Positions 19,020 through 29,208 of a stretch of DNA of 60,197 nt are shown in pieces (the first letter of the stretch is position 1; each line of letters opens with the position of its first letter). A model generated the notes under the pieces. That model had not been told where the DNA came from. It did not search any database and was given only the letters and a program-made list of their open reading frames with translations. Source of the stretch: a virus (taxonomy: Duplodnaviria; Caudoviricetes). The translations under genes and the position numbers were made by a program. Location of the stretch: the IMG/VR virus record IMGVR_UViG_3300025137_000038, positions 1 to 60,197 of that record; one strand, 5' to 3'.

Positions 19020-20410
19020 TGGCTAGACAATTTTTTTACGATAATCAGATTAGAAGATTCTTACTACAATTTGTAAGACTATTCAGTAACTTCCAAGTAG
19101 AAGTTGGTTCTCCAGATGCTAGTGGCAATAGAGACTTAATTAAAATTCCAGTAACATACGGCGACATGAGTCGTAATGTTGCTCAAGTAATGAGAGACGC
19201 ATCTGAAAATAAAGTTTTAAGTGCTCCAAGAATGACCACGTATATTAACAGTATGACTTACAGTAGAGAACGTGTACAAGAGCCAAACTTTGTTGACAAA
19301 CTTCATGTAAGACAAAGAAAATATAATGAAAGTACAAAAACATATAGTCGTACTCAAGGTAACGCAGTTACAGTTGAAAGACATATGCCTGTTCCTTATG
19401 ATTTAAGATTAAACTTAGATATATGGACAACTAATACTGAAATGAAATTACAGATACTAGAACAAATATTATGTTTGTTCAATCCTGCTTTAGAAATACA
19501 AAGTACAGACAACTACGTTGATTGGGCAAGTTTAAGTTTTGTGCAATTAGAAAACGTAAACTTTAGCAGTAGAAGTATTCCTGTTGGTACCGAAGACCAA
19601 ATAGATATTGCAACACTAGAATTTAGTATGCCAATTTGGTTAAGTATGCCTGCTAATGTTAAAAAGATGGGTGTCATACATAAAATTATTAATAGTGTAT
19701 ATGACGGAAGTGGAGACCTAGTAACTTCAATATCAGATGATAACTTAATTATGGGAACAAGATTAGGTGTTACTCCAGGTAACTACGGTGCTATACTTTT
19801 AAACGGACAGGCTGAACTTGTTGATAAGAGTAAAGAAAGTATAAGTGATACTTTAGATACAACTAAAATTACTTCAGAAAATTTAAAAAAGCCAAGTTGG
19901 AGAGCAGTATTAGAGCAGTACGGTCCTATAAATCCAGGTATTACACAAATACGTTTTATACAAGACAATGATTCTGAAGTTGTAGGAACCGTTGCATATC
20001 ACCCAGCAGACCCTCATATCCTTCTTGTAACGGTAGATAGTGACACTATACCCACTAACACCTTACCGGCAATAAATGCCATTATACGACCCTCAAAAGC
20101 AACATCGACATCTGTTGTAAAAACTACAGGAAATCGTTACTTAATATTAGAAGACATAGGTGCGGCTGGTAATACAGATGGTCCAGATTTTTGGAAAGCA
20201 AATAACGGCGACGACTTTACTGCTAAAACTAATGATATTATTCAGTGGGACGGAAGTAAATGGATTATATCTTTTCAAGCAACTGGTACCGCGGATTTAA
20301 GTTACGTTACAAATGCTACTACTAGTATCCAATACAAATGGACTGGTACGCAATGGCTTAAAAGTTTCGAGGGAGAGTATCTTCCAAAAAATTGGAGAAT
20401 TGTAGTTTAA
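19019..20410 (+). CDS. gp15: Tail terminator/sheath stabilizer (gp15-like) with C-terminal extension
   Basis: FFYDNQIRRF...IPVTYG...PRM...MPVPYDL...QILEQILCLFNP. Confidence 0.85.
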   Translation: MARQFFYDNQIRRFLLQFVRLFSNFQVEVGSPDASGNRDLIKIPVTYGDMSRNVAQVMRDASENKVLSAPRMTTYINSMTYSRERVQEPNFVDKLHVRQRKYNESTKTYSRTQGNAVTVERHMPVPYDLRLNLDIWTTNTEMKLQILEQILCLFNPALEIQSTDNYVDWASLSFVQLENVNFSSRSIPVGTEDQIDIATLEFSMPIWLSMPANVKKMGVIHKIINSVYDGSGDLVTSISDDNLIMGTRLGVTPGNYGAILLNGQAELVDKSKESISDTLDTTKITSENLKKPSWRAVLEQYGPINPGITQIRFIQDNDSEVVGTVAYHPADPHILLVTVDSDTIPTNTLPAINAIIRPSKATSTSVVKTTGNRYLILEDIGAAGNTDGPDFWKANNGDDFTAKTNDIIQWDGSKWIISFQATGTADLSYVTNATTSIQYKWTGTQWLKSFEGEYLPKNWRIVV

Positions 20411-21178
20411 CTACTTCCAGTTATATCTTAAATTGACACCTATATCAATGTCACTAATAAACTGTCTATAATCTAAATATTTTACATTTTTACACCACTT
20501 CCAATCATCTGGAAAAGTGTAAGCAGGATTATCATTTACCCAATGAAAGTTTACATTTTGATAATTATCAAACATTACTTTCATATGAGCTATTTGCTTT
20601 TCTTGGTGAGATTTATCTGTTGCTGATGGATAACAAGATGTATCAGCATAAACATTATTTGTCATAGAAGCATCAGGTTGATTATCGAATCCAATTAAGT
20701 AAATTTCTTTGTGCTTATCAAAACAAGCCAAATATGTTGCCACTGTTCCTGCATTGTAGTAACTAAGATTCTGTGGTATTAAGTGAAACTTGCCTGGATA
20801 CTTTACAACATTTTTAGCAGTTGTATAAACAATGTTAGTTTCTGAAAATTTACTTTCTGCTATCTCATCTGTTATTTCTTCAGTAATAGAAACTAGAAAA
20901 TCTGTTTTCATATCTCTATACAAAGCATTACAACCATAAGTTTGAATTCTTTTGTTTGCTAGTAAACCGCCACTGTGATTTTCTAACATAGATAAATTAA
21001 ATTGTTTTCTAACTCTACTAGTTCCATTTCCAACAATAACTGCATAACCTCTATGATCATCATTCATCACTGTTCTAGGAATCCATTCACGATCTTCAGT
21101 TTTTACACCGTCGGTCCAATCAACATTATGTATGACGAATTCGCCTTCGTAATCGTCTGAAAAGTATGGAAGTTTCAT
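20411..21178 (-). CDS. Maf/DUF115-like (GT29-like fold) putative glycosyltransferase
   Basis: AVIVGNGTSR, YGCNALYRD, NAGTVATYLA and EIYLIGFD motifs. Confidence 0.55.
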   Translation of the reverse strand: MKLPYFSDDYEGEFVIHNVDWTDGVKTEDREWIPRTVMNDDHRGYAVIVGNGTSRVRKQFNLSMLENHSGGLLANKRIQTYGCNALYRDMKTDFLVSITEEITDEIAESKFSETNIVYTTAKNVVKYPGKFHLIPQNLSYYNAGTVATYLACFDKHKEIYLIGFDNQPDASMTNNVYADTSCYPSATDKSHQEKQIAHMKVMFDNYQNVNFHWVNDNPAYTFPDDWKWCKNVKYLDYRQFISDIDIGVNLRYNWK

Positions 21179-21202
21179 ATTATATTACCTTTGCTATAGT
21201 AA

Positions 21203-21210
21203 TATTTATA
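21203..21210 (-). promoter_or_regulatory. Late promoter TATAAATA
   Basis: Exact consensus overlapping the stop of the transporter gene. Confidence 0.7.
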
Positions 21211-22246
21211 TGTTTAATAATAATAATGATCCAGCAGTTGTTACAACTAAACCGGCCCAAATACCTAATATCGATATATAATAACGCAATTTAGTTCCAA
21301 AATACATCTTTCCTATTGCTACGCATTTATGCATAGGACTTAACATATAACCTGCAAAGTCTACTGCAAAGAACCAAGGTAAGTACTGAACTCCATATAT
21401 TGACGCCATAATAACTGTTAATGCACCAAACCTAGAACTAGATCCTAATGCAAATGCACCACCAAAACTTGCTAAGGATAAAATAACAAACCCCGATAAT
21501 GTTGTAATATCAATTCCGCTTGTTTCTAAAAACTGTTTGATCTCATTTGTATACTGTCTTGTGAAGTTTGCCGCAACAATGATGCCTGCCACCCATGCAA
21601 GTAATTTCCAATCAACATACCCTAATAACTTTTTAAAGTCAAATGTTTGTGTTACTACCATGTAATATAATGTTAATGCACCAAATACCCAAAGAAAGTT
21701 AACACCTGCAATTACAGATCCAACACCTATAATATAAGGCATTACATACCTAGTGATTCTACTGACTTTTACTACACCGTCTGTAACGTTTATGTCTACG
21801 TCACTTTCTTTTACACCCCAGATTAAGTAAGACAAAATGAATATAACTGTAATTGCCAACAAGGGCCAAAGCATTCCGATAAATTGCCCATATGTTAAAC
21901 CAAGTGCCGCCATTGGTAGTATTACTGTTTTTTCTATAGGTGACCAAAAATAATAATGATGTGTTGACACATAATCTATAGGTCCAAACTTTTCTCTCCC
22001 AGGAGATCCTTTTGGAGGTGCTATAGTATCTAAAATACCAGCACTCACTGTTACCCGTCCTTTGATCGGTAATAGTCCTGTAATAGCACTAACTACTGCC
22101 ACTACTGCTTTTTTACTTTTTAAATTTTTTGCAAAGAATGTAAAAACATCTGAAAATAATTTATTATCTTTAACCATACCTGCAATCATCATTACAAATA
22201 TAATTAAAAACAAATACACTTGACCTTTTAATAACAGATCAATCAT
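21206..22246 (-). CDS. Multi-pass membrane protein, DUF401/IT-superfamily transporter-like
   Basis: About 10 hydrophobic segments; GLLPIKG, HHYYFWSP and GYMLSPMHKC (DUF401-like SPxHxC). Confidence 0.55.
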   Translation of the reverse strand: MIDLLLKGQVYLFLIIFVMMIAGMVKDNKLFSDVFTFFAKNLKSKKAVVAVVSAITGLLPIKGRVTVSAGILDTIAPPKGSPGREKFGPIDYVSTHHYYFWSPIEKTVILPMAALGLTYGQFIGMLWPLLAITVIFILSYLIWGVKESDVDINVTDGVVKVSRITRYVMPYIIGVGSVIAGVNFLWVFGALTLYYMVVTQTFDFKKLLGYVDWKLLAWVAGIIVAANFTRQYTNEIKQFLETSGIDITTLSGFVILSLASFGGAFALGSSSRFGALTVIMASIYGVQYLPWFFAVDFAGYMLSPMHKCVAIGKMYFGTKLRYYISILGIWAGLVVTTAGSLLLLNI

Positions 22247-23027
22247 TTTTCTTTTCCTTTTGTACTGAAATTTTTAACTGTTCCGTTAGTTCTGAAGCAT
22301 TACCTAATTGTGCTTGTTGATTGCTTTTGTGAACTATTTGTTGTAGTCTACGTTCATTATGAACAAATACATCACTTGCAAGTTCTATGGCTTTTTGTTG
22401 GTCTTCGTAAGATAACATTGTTAAACTATCCATGTTTCCAACTCCTACTTTTCCGTATGCAATCATATCCATAGCAGATTGTTTACCTAAACGTTTAATC
22501 CAGTATTCTCTTTCTGCTTGTTCTTGCTTTTCAGGATTGTCAAATATATCAATTAACTTTGTTCCATCTTCTAATGTACCGTATTCACTATTAGACAATT
22601 CGTCAATTAATTTTAAATACATTAAACGTTCTTCACGTTGCCCTCTTAAATTTCTTACAAAGCCATCACGTCTTGCTTCTGCATAATCTATTTCAATTTG
22701 TGCTCTACGTTTATCAAACTCATCCGTTGAGTTATCTCTTTTATCTGCAAACTCATCTATCGCTAGTTCAATTTTTGCAAGTTCATATTCTTGTGATTTA
22801 ATTCCGGATTCTCTACTTTGTATTTCCATTAAATACTGTTTCATTGCACCGTACGGAGTAATATTTGCGTGTCCAACAAAGTGCTTTGCTTTAAACTCTG
22901 GCATAATAAAGTTACTGCTAATAGCATAACCTACTATATCTTTTTGATCTTCTGTTAATTCATCGGTATCAGTTGTTATGTCTTTACCTGTAACTTTCAT
23001 TGAATCTTTTAAACTATCAAACTTCAT
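22239..23027 (-). CDS. Hypothetical coiled-coil protein of the tail-fibre cassette
   Basis: 262-aa helical ORF overlapping the next gene. Confidence 0.65.
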   Translation of the reverse strand: MKFDSLKDSMKVTGKDITTDTDELTEDQKDIVGYAISSNFIMPEFKAKHFVGHANITPYGAMKQYLMEIQSRESGIKSQEYELAKIELAIDEFADKRDNSTDEFDKRRAQIEIDYAEARRDGFVRNLRGQREERLMYLKLIDELSNSEYGTLEDGTKLIDIFDNPEKQEQAEREYWIKRLGKQSAMDMIAYGKVGVGNMDSLTMLSYEDQQKAIELASDVFVHNERRLQQIVHKSNQQAQLGNASELTEQLKISVQKEKKND

Positions 23028-23030
23028 ATC

Positions 23031-23639
23031 TTATTTTCCTCCAATATATCTAGGTGTTTGAAACCTAATATTAAAAGCAACATTGATTCGTTGCATATTA
23101 CTTTTGTTTGTTTCTGTTTCATGTGGCATCCAAGCGGGCCATAATATTAATTGTCCGTCTTCAGGAGACATACTGTATCTACTAGTAAACGGTGCGTGTG
23201 GGTGACAACTTTCTGTTAAGTTCATTGGATTATGCCAAACAATATCACCTGTATCTTTTCCTTGTAAGTAATAAACTGCTACATAGTGATGAAGTCGATG
23301 ATCGTGTAAGGCATTTTTACTATCTAATTCATTTATGTTTGTCCAGTAACTAACTTCTGGTGGTCCATAATGTTTAAGTTTTTCACCATATAACGGATCG
23401 TCTACTGCATAAGTTTCTATTGCACTATTACATAATAAGCGAAGTTCTTCTACTAACCATTGTATATCAGGATAGTCAAACTCGTGTCGCCAACAACCTC
23501 TATTACTAAAGTTTAACTGTTTTTCGTCTGTTTGTCTTTTTATGTCTTGTGCATATTCAATCATTGAAGTACGTTGTTCTTTTGTACCGATATTATCTTT
23601 TACAAAAACATCTGCTTGTAATATTTTAAATTTTTTCAT
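23031..23639 (-). CDS. 2OG-Fe(II) oxygenase (TIGR02466-like)
   Basis: WTNIN...HDH...VYYL...LWPAWMPHET...RINVAFN. Confidence 0.85.
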   Translation of the reverse strand: MKKFKILQADVFVKDNIGTKEQRTSMIEYAQDIKRQTDEKQLNFSNRGCWRHEFDYPDIQWLVEELRLLCNSAIETYAVDDPLYGEKLKHYGPPEVSYWTNINELDSKNALHDHRLHHYVAVYYLQGKDTGDIVWHNPMNLTESCHPHAPFTSRYSMSPEDGQLILWPAWMPHETETNKSNMQRINVAFNIRFQTPRYIGGK

Positions 23640-25248
23640 TTTTTTTAACTGCCATTACATATAATCCATTCCACCATTTAGTCTTATCTTCTATATTGTT
23701 AAGGATCATTTTTTCAAATTCTATCTTATAGTTTGTGTTTAGTACACCTTGTTTACTTCCTTCAATTACCCCTTGCCAATTAGCATCATCAAATATTAAT
23801 ATGGCTTCATCAGCCCAATACTTACTAAAATGTTCAACTGCTTTTGCAGTTAACAGTTTATCATGTGGCCCATCATAAAAGAATAAATCGTATCCTTTTT
23901 CTTTTAATTCAACATTAAGCATATCATCATTATAAACTTTTAAATTTTTATAACTACTTGTATTAGTGTCAAATTGTTTTTTATTGTTAGTTGGTAGTGT
24001 AAAATCACCGCTCTCAGGATTGATATTTTCGTTCCAATTATCTACGCAAGTTACAGGAATATTTGTATCTAAAACACTAATAGCAGTAGAACCCATAGCA
24101 CTACCTACTTCTAAATACATTGTACTATCTTTTCCTAATTCATGCAAGAGTTTTTTTACTCTAGTACTAGTTAATCCTTGTATTTCGTTTAAATAATCGT
24201 TATTTTCGTGTGATACTAATGCTTCTACTAGTGTAATTGCCTTGCTATTATTAAGTTTTCCGGATCTACTTTCATATACTTTGTCACAAAAATTACAATC
24301 CCAACAATCAAATTTACAAGTTTTTATTATTTTTCGCCAAGCATTTATTGGTCTATCTTTTAAATTAGTATCCTCTAAATAAACATTAAAGTCGTCATAT
24401 AGTATTTCTTCGTCATTATGATAACGTTCTATAATACGCATAGTTTCATAAAAACGTGCAATATTTTCTCTTCCATGCATTTTAAATACATCAACATACT
24501 TTGCTAGTTCTAACCAGTCTTCTTTCCATGGTGGAAAGTTTGCACGTTTAAGTGGACTACTAGGATCTTCTACATTCCATTTCTGACAACTAGTACGGCT
24601 TATTGGATCATTAAAATATTGTGGTCCAGTTGTTCTACTATTATTAAATTGAAAATGTTCTGGCATCATAGCACAGCCGCCATGGCAACCTTCATTTGCT
24701 AATAAAGAAATTTTCATATTATATCTATCAGCGGCTTTTCGTATACGAGCAAGACTTTCGTGATCTCGCATTAAATCTCTGTGCAAGTTTACATAACGGA
24801 ATCCGTGTTTACCTAATTCAGCAACATCTTTAGCAGTTTGTACTTGTCTAAGAATTGTATTTTTTATTAAAAGTTCAGGAAACTTTTTTTGTATTTGTCC
24901 TGTTGCTACCCAATGCGTATGAGGTATAGTAACACTTCTTACTCCAGCATCATATAACTGGTCAAAATTGTTTATCCAAATATCTAAATTTTCTTGCGAA
25001 GGTCTAACTTCTATATTATTAAATGTTGCACTTACTGATATATCTGTTGCTTCTTGTACTTTAAGAGCTACATTTATTAATTCATTTGTGTCAGAAGCAA
25101 ACACATCACCCATTGCATCTTGCTCAAACGGAGGCATTCTGCAAGTAAAGTAAATGTCATAAATTACTTCTCGATGATTAATACAAAAATCTACAAAGTG
25201 TTGTATTTGATGATTGTTTAATTTAGGGTTTAGTGGTATACTGAACAT
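23626..25248 (-). CDS. Peptidase-U32-family (Fe-S hydroxylase-like) domain fused to class I SAM methyltransferase
   Basis: N-terminal: VNLHRDLMRD, LLANEGCHGGC, SCQKW, VDVFKMHGRE, CKFDCWDCNFC. C-terminal: YLEVGSAMGST, CVDNW, DLFFYDGPH, LIFDDANW. Confidence 0.7.
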   Translation of the reverse strand: MFSIPLNPKLNNHQIQHFVDFCINHREVIYDIYFTCRMPPFEQDAMGDVFASDTNELINVALKVQEATDISVSATFNNIEVRPSQENLDIWINNFDQLYDAGVRSVTIPHTHWVATGQIQKKFPELLIKNTILRQVQTAKDVAELGKHGFRYVNLHRDLMRDHESLARIRKAADRYNMKISLLANEGCHGGCAMMPEHFQFNNSRTTGPQYFNDPISRTSCQKWNVEDPSSPLKRANFPPWKEDWLELAKYVDVFKMHGRENIARFYETMRIIERYHNDEEILYDDFNVYLEDTNLKDRPINAWRKIIKTCKFDCWDCNFCDKVYESRSGKLNNSKAITLVEALVSHENNDYLNEIQGLTSTRVKKLLHELGKDSTMYLEVGSAMGSTAISVLDTNIPVTCVDNWNENINPESGDFTLPTNNKKQFDTNTSSYKNLKVYNDDMLNVELKEKGYDLFFYDGPHDKLLTAKAVEHFSKYWADEAILIFDDANWQGVIEGSKQGVLNTNYKIEFEKMILNNIEDKTKWWNGLYVMAVKKNEKI

Positions 25249-25253
25249 TTAGC

Positions 25254-25979
25254 CTACACATTAAATTGTGCGGCAGTCGTCGTCCCTGTACTTGTTTGTA
25301 ATGCTACTGGCATTGTCATTTCGAATCTCTGGTGCATTAAAACAAAACAGGCGCTGATGTCTGCACAATTTTTGATTTCTGTTTCTACGACTTGTTTACT
25401 TGCTAGTAAAGTTCTAACTTTCTCATCGTAATTATTGATTGCTTGTCTTATTAGTACTGCCATGTCTGCTTTTTCAATTCCTCTACTTGTTGCTAGTGCG
25501 TCAAGTAATGGAACATTGGCTGAATTGTTATTAGTATATTTGATATAATCTGATTTCTGTTTTTCCCAAGTACTTTCTTCTAATTTACTAACATTAATGT
25601 TTAGTGCTTGTAATCTATGGTCATAAATTTCATCTAATTGTTTACGCATAACTGCTTTCATAAAAGCAGTACAATTTGTAACGTCATCAGTTGTTAGTGT
25701 GTACTTTTCTTTTTCGCCTGTGGGTTCTGAACTTTCATGTAACCCCATTTGCTCATCTTCAAGTGTACCTGGTCTAATGCTTACATGACCCTTCCAGCCT
25801 TGTGTTAGTAACCATGCTTTTGCAACGGTGTCTGTCAATATCGTTGGCTCTAAATGTAAATAGGGTATAATATCAACGTGTGTATCTGGAATGTAGCCGA
25901 CGCAGTACGATTGGAATCTGCCATATATTTGTATAGGTCCTAATTCTTTTTGTGCTTTCATTTTAAATAAAATATACAT
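25254..25979 (-). CDS. Probable tail fibre assembly/chaperone protein
   Basis: EESTWEKQ...VPLLDALATSRGIEKADM pattern typical of fibre-assembly proteins; likely start MYILFK, 2 nt after the fibre stop. Confidence 0.55.
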   Translation of the reverse strand: MYILFKMKAQKELGPIQIYGRFQSYCVGYIPDTHVDIIPYLHLEPTILTDTVAKAWLLTQGWKGHVSIRPGTLEDEQMGLHESSEPTGEKEKYTLTTDDVTNCTAFMKAVMRKQLDEIYDHRLQALNINVSKLEESTWEKQKSDYIKYTNNNSANVPLLDALATSRGIEKADMAVLIRQAINNYDEKVRTLLASKQVVETEIKNCADISACFVLMHQRFEMTMPVALQTSTGTTTAAQFNV

Positions 25980-25981
25980 AA

Positions 25982-27850
25982 TTAAGCTCTCCAAACACAG
26001 TGCCCTGAGCTTCCGCCTGGTACGCCTGTTCTTATTGAACCACTTCCTAGTTCACTTCCTGAGTTAGTTGCATATGTCCACTTCCAACCTCTATTATTTT
26101 GGGCTCCATCATAATTACCCATACTATACTGATGTGCTTGTCCCATATCTAAATTTTCTTCTCCGCAGTTTGTAATTGGTTTGGTAACTGTTGTTGTAAC
26201 TGCTTCTGTAGTATAACTCCAAACTCTTACATTATTACCGCCATTATATGTTCCTTCGTTGCCAGCATAACCATACCCTAGTTTGTCTGCCCAGCCTTTT
26301 TGCTGACTGTTAATACCTGGTTTGTTTGAAGGTGTTGTCATTGTAACTTGTGTCGATGTTGACCAAACAAATTTTCTACAATCATCTGTGGCTTGCCAAA
26401 CATAACCATAATTTTCACCACTGTGACTTGCACAGCCGGCTTGCATATTATCACCACTTAATGAATCCTGTCCTTGGTCGGTATACATAGTTGCGTTTGA
26501 TAGATTCATAACATCTATATTTGCACTACCGCCGCCAACAATCCAACATTTTTCGTGTTCTTTAAATAGTGTGGCACAATCGTTTCTTCCCCAATTCATA
26601 TTTGGTCCATTACTGCCACTGTAGGTTGACATATGGAAATTTGATGTTGACGCACTAGTCCCTGGCCAAGTGTCATCTGCACTCCAAAGGTACCCATGTG
26701 TTAATGTACATACACCAGAAGTATATGCCGCGGCATAGGTCATTACATCACCATTATTAGTCATAACGTCAGTTGCATGAACCATTGTGTTTACGTTTTT
26801 CCATGGACTCGAACTTTGGTAACCGCCCATAACAAATCCATGTGTGATAACTTGTCTTGTTAAGAAAGGTTGTGAACTAGCACTTCCCGAAACTTCTACC
26901 CAGTTACTGCCATCATATAACATTAATTTTTTTGTACCACTGTTATAGTAAACTTGTCCTGCCGCTAAACCGCTTGACGGATTACTTGACAATGATTTAA
27001 AGTCTATCGGTCCACCTAGTTGTGGTGTTGTATCTTCAATAAGATTAGATATACCTGCTGACTGAATAGAACTAATAGAAGTAAATCCAAAGTTACCACT
27101 TCCATCTGTTTTTAAAACCATGTTACTAGATCCATCACTAATACTTAAATCAGTTAATGAAGTTGGTATAGTAGGTTTGTTAGATAGGTTGTTATAATCT
27201 ATTGTGAAACCTGTTAAGTTTCTTGTATTCATTTGTATTGCGTTACCCATGTATGCATGGTTTTCACATTGATAATGAAGTACAGTTGGTGTATCATCTG
27301 TAACTGTAATTTCTGTATATGCTCCGGCTTGACCGGCTGTTCCATTTTGTGTTACATTTGTTGTATATGCAGTTGTTTTATCTGCTTTTAAAAAAAATCT
27401 AATTGCGTGAGTATTATTACTACTATCAGAAGTATCAAAACGATAAGTTCTTCCTGGAGTAAAAATAAGATACGGTGACATAATTCCATCTACAAGGTAT
27501 CCCTTTGACGAGCCTGAACCGTTGTATCTGTGTGCTGATGTTTTATCAACACTTTTAACTATTATTTGTGTAGTACTTCCATGAGGTCTTGCATGGGCTC
27601 CTGCATCAATATATGCTTTAATAGATTGTTGTGTTGCAAGATGATCATTTGAATCAGATGCCATATCATCTTCATCTTTAACTGCACTACCACTAACACC
27701 TGTGTCTAGTTGTGCGTTAGTTAATGTTGGAGATGTATTTGCCGTGTTTAACTGATTCCATACTGACTCAGTTGAGTTGTATACAAAACTTACTCCGCCT
27801 ACTACTACCACTGTTCCATCTGATGGACTACCTGGAAAAACTGCCGCCAT
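25982..27850 (-). CDS. Tail fibre/receptor-binding protein with cupredoxin-like and beta-propeller-like regions
   Basis: N-terminal FPGSPSDG...FVYN...W module; H...YQCENHAYMG; C-terminal Gly/aromatic repeats (GFVMGG, WIVGGG, GYAG). Confidence 0.7.
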   Translation of the reverse strand: MAAVFPGSPSDGTVVVVGGVSFVYNSTESVWNQLNTANTSPTLTNAQLDTGVSGSAVKDEDDMASDSNDHLATQQSIKAYIDAGAHARPHGSTTQIIVKSVDKTSAHRYNGSGSSKGYLVDGIMSPYLIFTPGRTYRFDTSDSSNNTHAIRFFLKADKTTAYTTNVTQNGTAGQAGAYTEITVTDDTPTVLHYQCENHAYMGNAIQMNTRNLTGFTIDYNNLSNKPTIPTSLTDLSISDGSSNMVLKTDGSGNFGFTSISSIQSAGISNLIEDTTPQLGGPIDFKSLSSNPSSGLAAGQVYYNSGTKKLMLYDGSNWVEVSGSASSQPFLTRQVITHGFVMGGYQSSSPWKNVNTMVHATDVMTNNGDVMTYAAAYTSGVCTLTHGYLWSADDTWPGTSASTSNFHMSTYSGSNGPNMNWGRNDCATLFKEHEKCWIVGGGSANIDVMNLSNATMYTDQGQDSLSGDNMQAGCASHSGENYGYVWQATDDCRKFVWSTSTQVTMTTPSNKPGINSQQKGWADKLGYGYAGNEGTYNGGNNVRVWSYTTEAVTTTVTKPITNCGEENLDMGQAHQYSMGNYDGAQNNRGWKWTYATNSGSELGSGSIRTGVPGGSSGHCVWRA

Positions 27851-27852
27851 AA

Positions 27853-29208
27853 TTAACTCCTTTTAAGTAATACTTCTATTACTCCTTCACCTTCTTTATT
27901 ACTATTTAATGCCAAACCAATAATACACCCTGGATTATAGTTTCCACTATATTTTGTTGCTTTGCCTGAAATTTCACTTGTAGTTAATAAGTCACCTTTT
28001 TCAATGTGTCCTACAACTTTAACTGGAACTCTTCCTACAAAACCTACACAAACTGGGTGTTCTGCATCTATATCTTTATTCATTAAGTAAGCCGGTTTAT
28101 CAGAAACTACACCTGCTAATTGTGAACTAGCATATTTGTTACACTCTGTAACTTCGTGTGTTCCTCCAACTGATACTACTGTACCTACTTCGTAATTTTT
28201 ATCTCCTGCATACATCTCAGCCAAGTCAGCATATTGAGCCGATGATGCTTTTCCTGAGAATGATGTAGCATGAACTGTCGCATATAATTTTGACGACGAT
28301 CCTAAATCTCTTGTATTACTTGCATCTGGTAGTATGTTACCTGTTACTGCAACTGTACCGTCTAACATTGGTCCACTTTGTCCCGGTGACCACTCTACCC
28401 ACTGTTTAGTAGTGCCGTCATTAATATATTTGTAAAAATTACCATTATCAGTATCATACCATTCGTCACCATCTGATGGACTGCTCGGTGCACCAGCACT
28501 TGCAGTATAAGTTGTTGCACTTCCGCCGACGCCGTTTACCCAAGCACTTCCGTTATATTTTATAACGTGCCCTGTTTGTGGATTTGATATTGTCAAATCT
28601 GCTAGTTCATTTAATTCATTTACTTCAGCACTATTAACCCAAGCACTGCCGTTGTATTTTAAAATTTGTCCAGTACTTGCACTACTAATTGTTACGTCTG
28701 TTAGTTCACTAATTTCATTTGATCCGCCAATAAGATCATCTACATAACCTTTAGTTGCCGCATCAGATGAAGCAGATGGTGTACCAACTTCTGTTAACTT
28801 AATACCATTAAAGTCTGCCGTACAATTGGCATCTAGATGTAAATGGTTATTTGTAAATCTTACTAAACTATTTTTAAATCTTACTTTTTTATCAAATACA
28901 TTATCAAAAGTATCGTCTTCAGAATCGTAGTCTGATATAGAACTTGCAACCATAGTTTTAGTTGCTAGTACAGAAATATTTCTTTCAATATCTTCTAATC
29001 TTCTTAAATCTGATTTTGCTCCGCCAAATATAATATCGTCATCGCCTTCAGCACCTTCACTAAAGAATTCAATATCGCCATTCTTTTTATAACGCCATCT
29101 TTTTGATTCTATCGATGCTCCACCTAATTCTGAAGATTTTAATGAGACTAGATCCTCCATTGGACGCATCACGCCATTAATTTTAATTTTTCTTCTACGT
29201 CTAGCCAT
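27853..29208 (-). CDS. Tail fibre protein with C-terminal autoproteolytic chaperone (Peptidase G2/IMC-like)
   Basis: LTDVTISS...GQILKYNGSAWVN twice, DAATKGYVD, AQYADLAEMY...GRVPVKV...KGDLL...GLAL. Confidence 0.75.
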   Translation of the reverse strand: MARRRRKIKINGVMRPMEDLVSLKSSELGGASIESKRWRYKKNGDIEFFSEGAEGDDDIIFGGAKSDLRRLEDIERNISVLATKTMVASSISDYDSEDDTFDNVFDKKVRFKNSLVRFTNNHLHLDANCTADFNGIKLTEVGTPSASSDAATKGYVDDLIGGSNEISELTDVTISSASTGQILKYNGSAWVNSAEVNELNELADLTISNPQTGHVIKYNGSAWVNGVGGSATTYTASAGAPSSPSDGDEWYDTDNGNFYKYINDGTTKQWVEWSPGQSGPMLDGTVAVTGNILPDASNTRDLGSSSKLYATVHATSFSGKASSAQYADLAEMYAGDKNYEVGTVVSVGGTHEVTECNKYASSQLAGVVSDKPAYLMNKDIDAEHPVCVGFVGRVPVKVVGHIEKGDLLTTSEISGKATKYSGNYNPGCIIGLALNSNKEGEGVIEVLLKRS

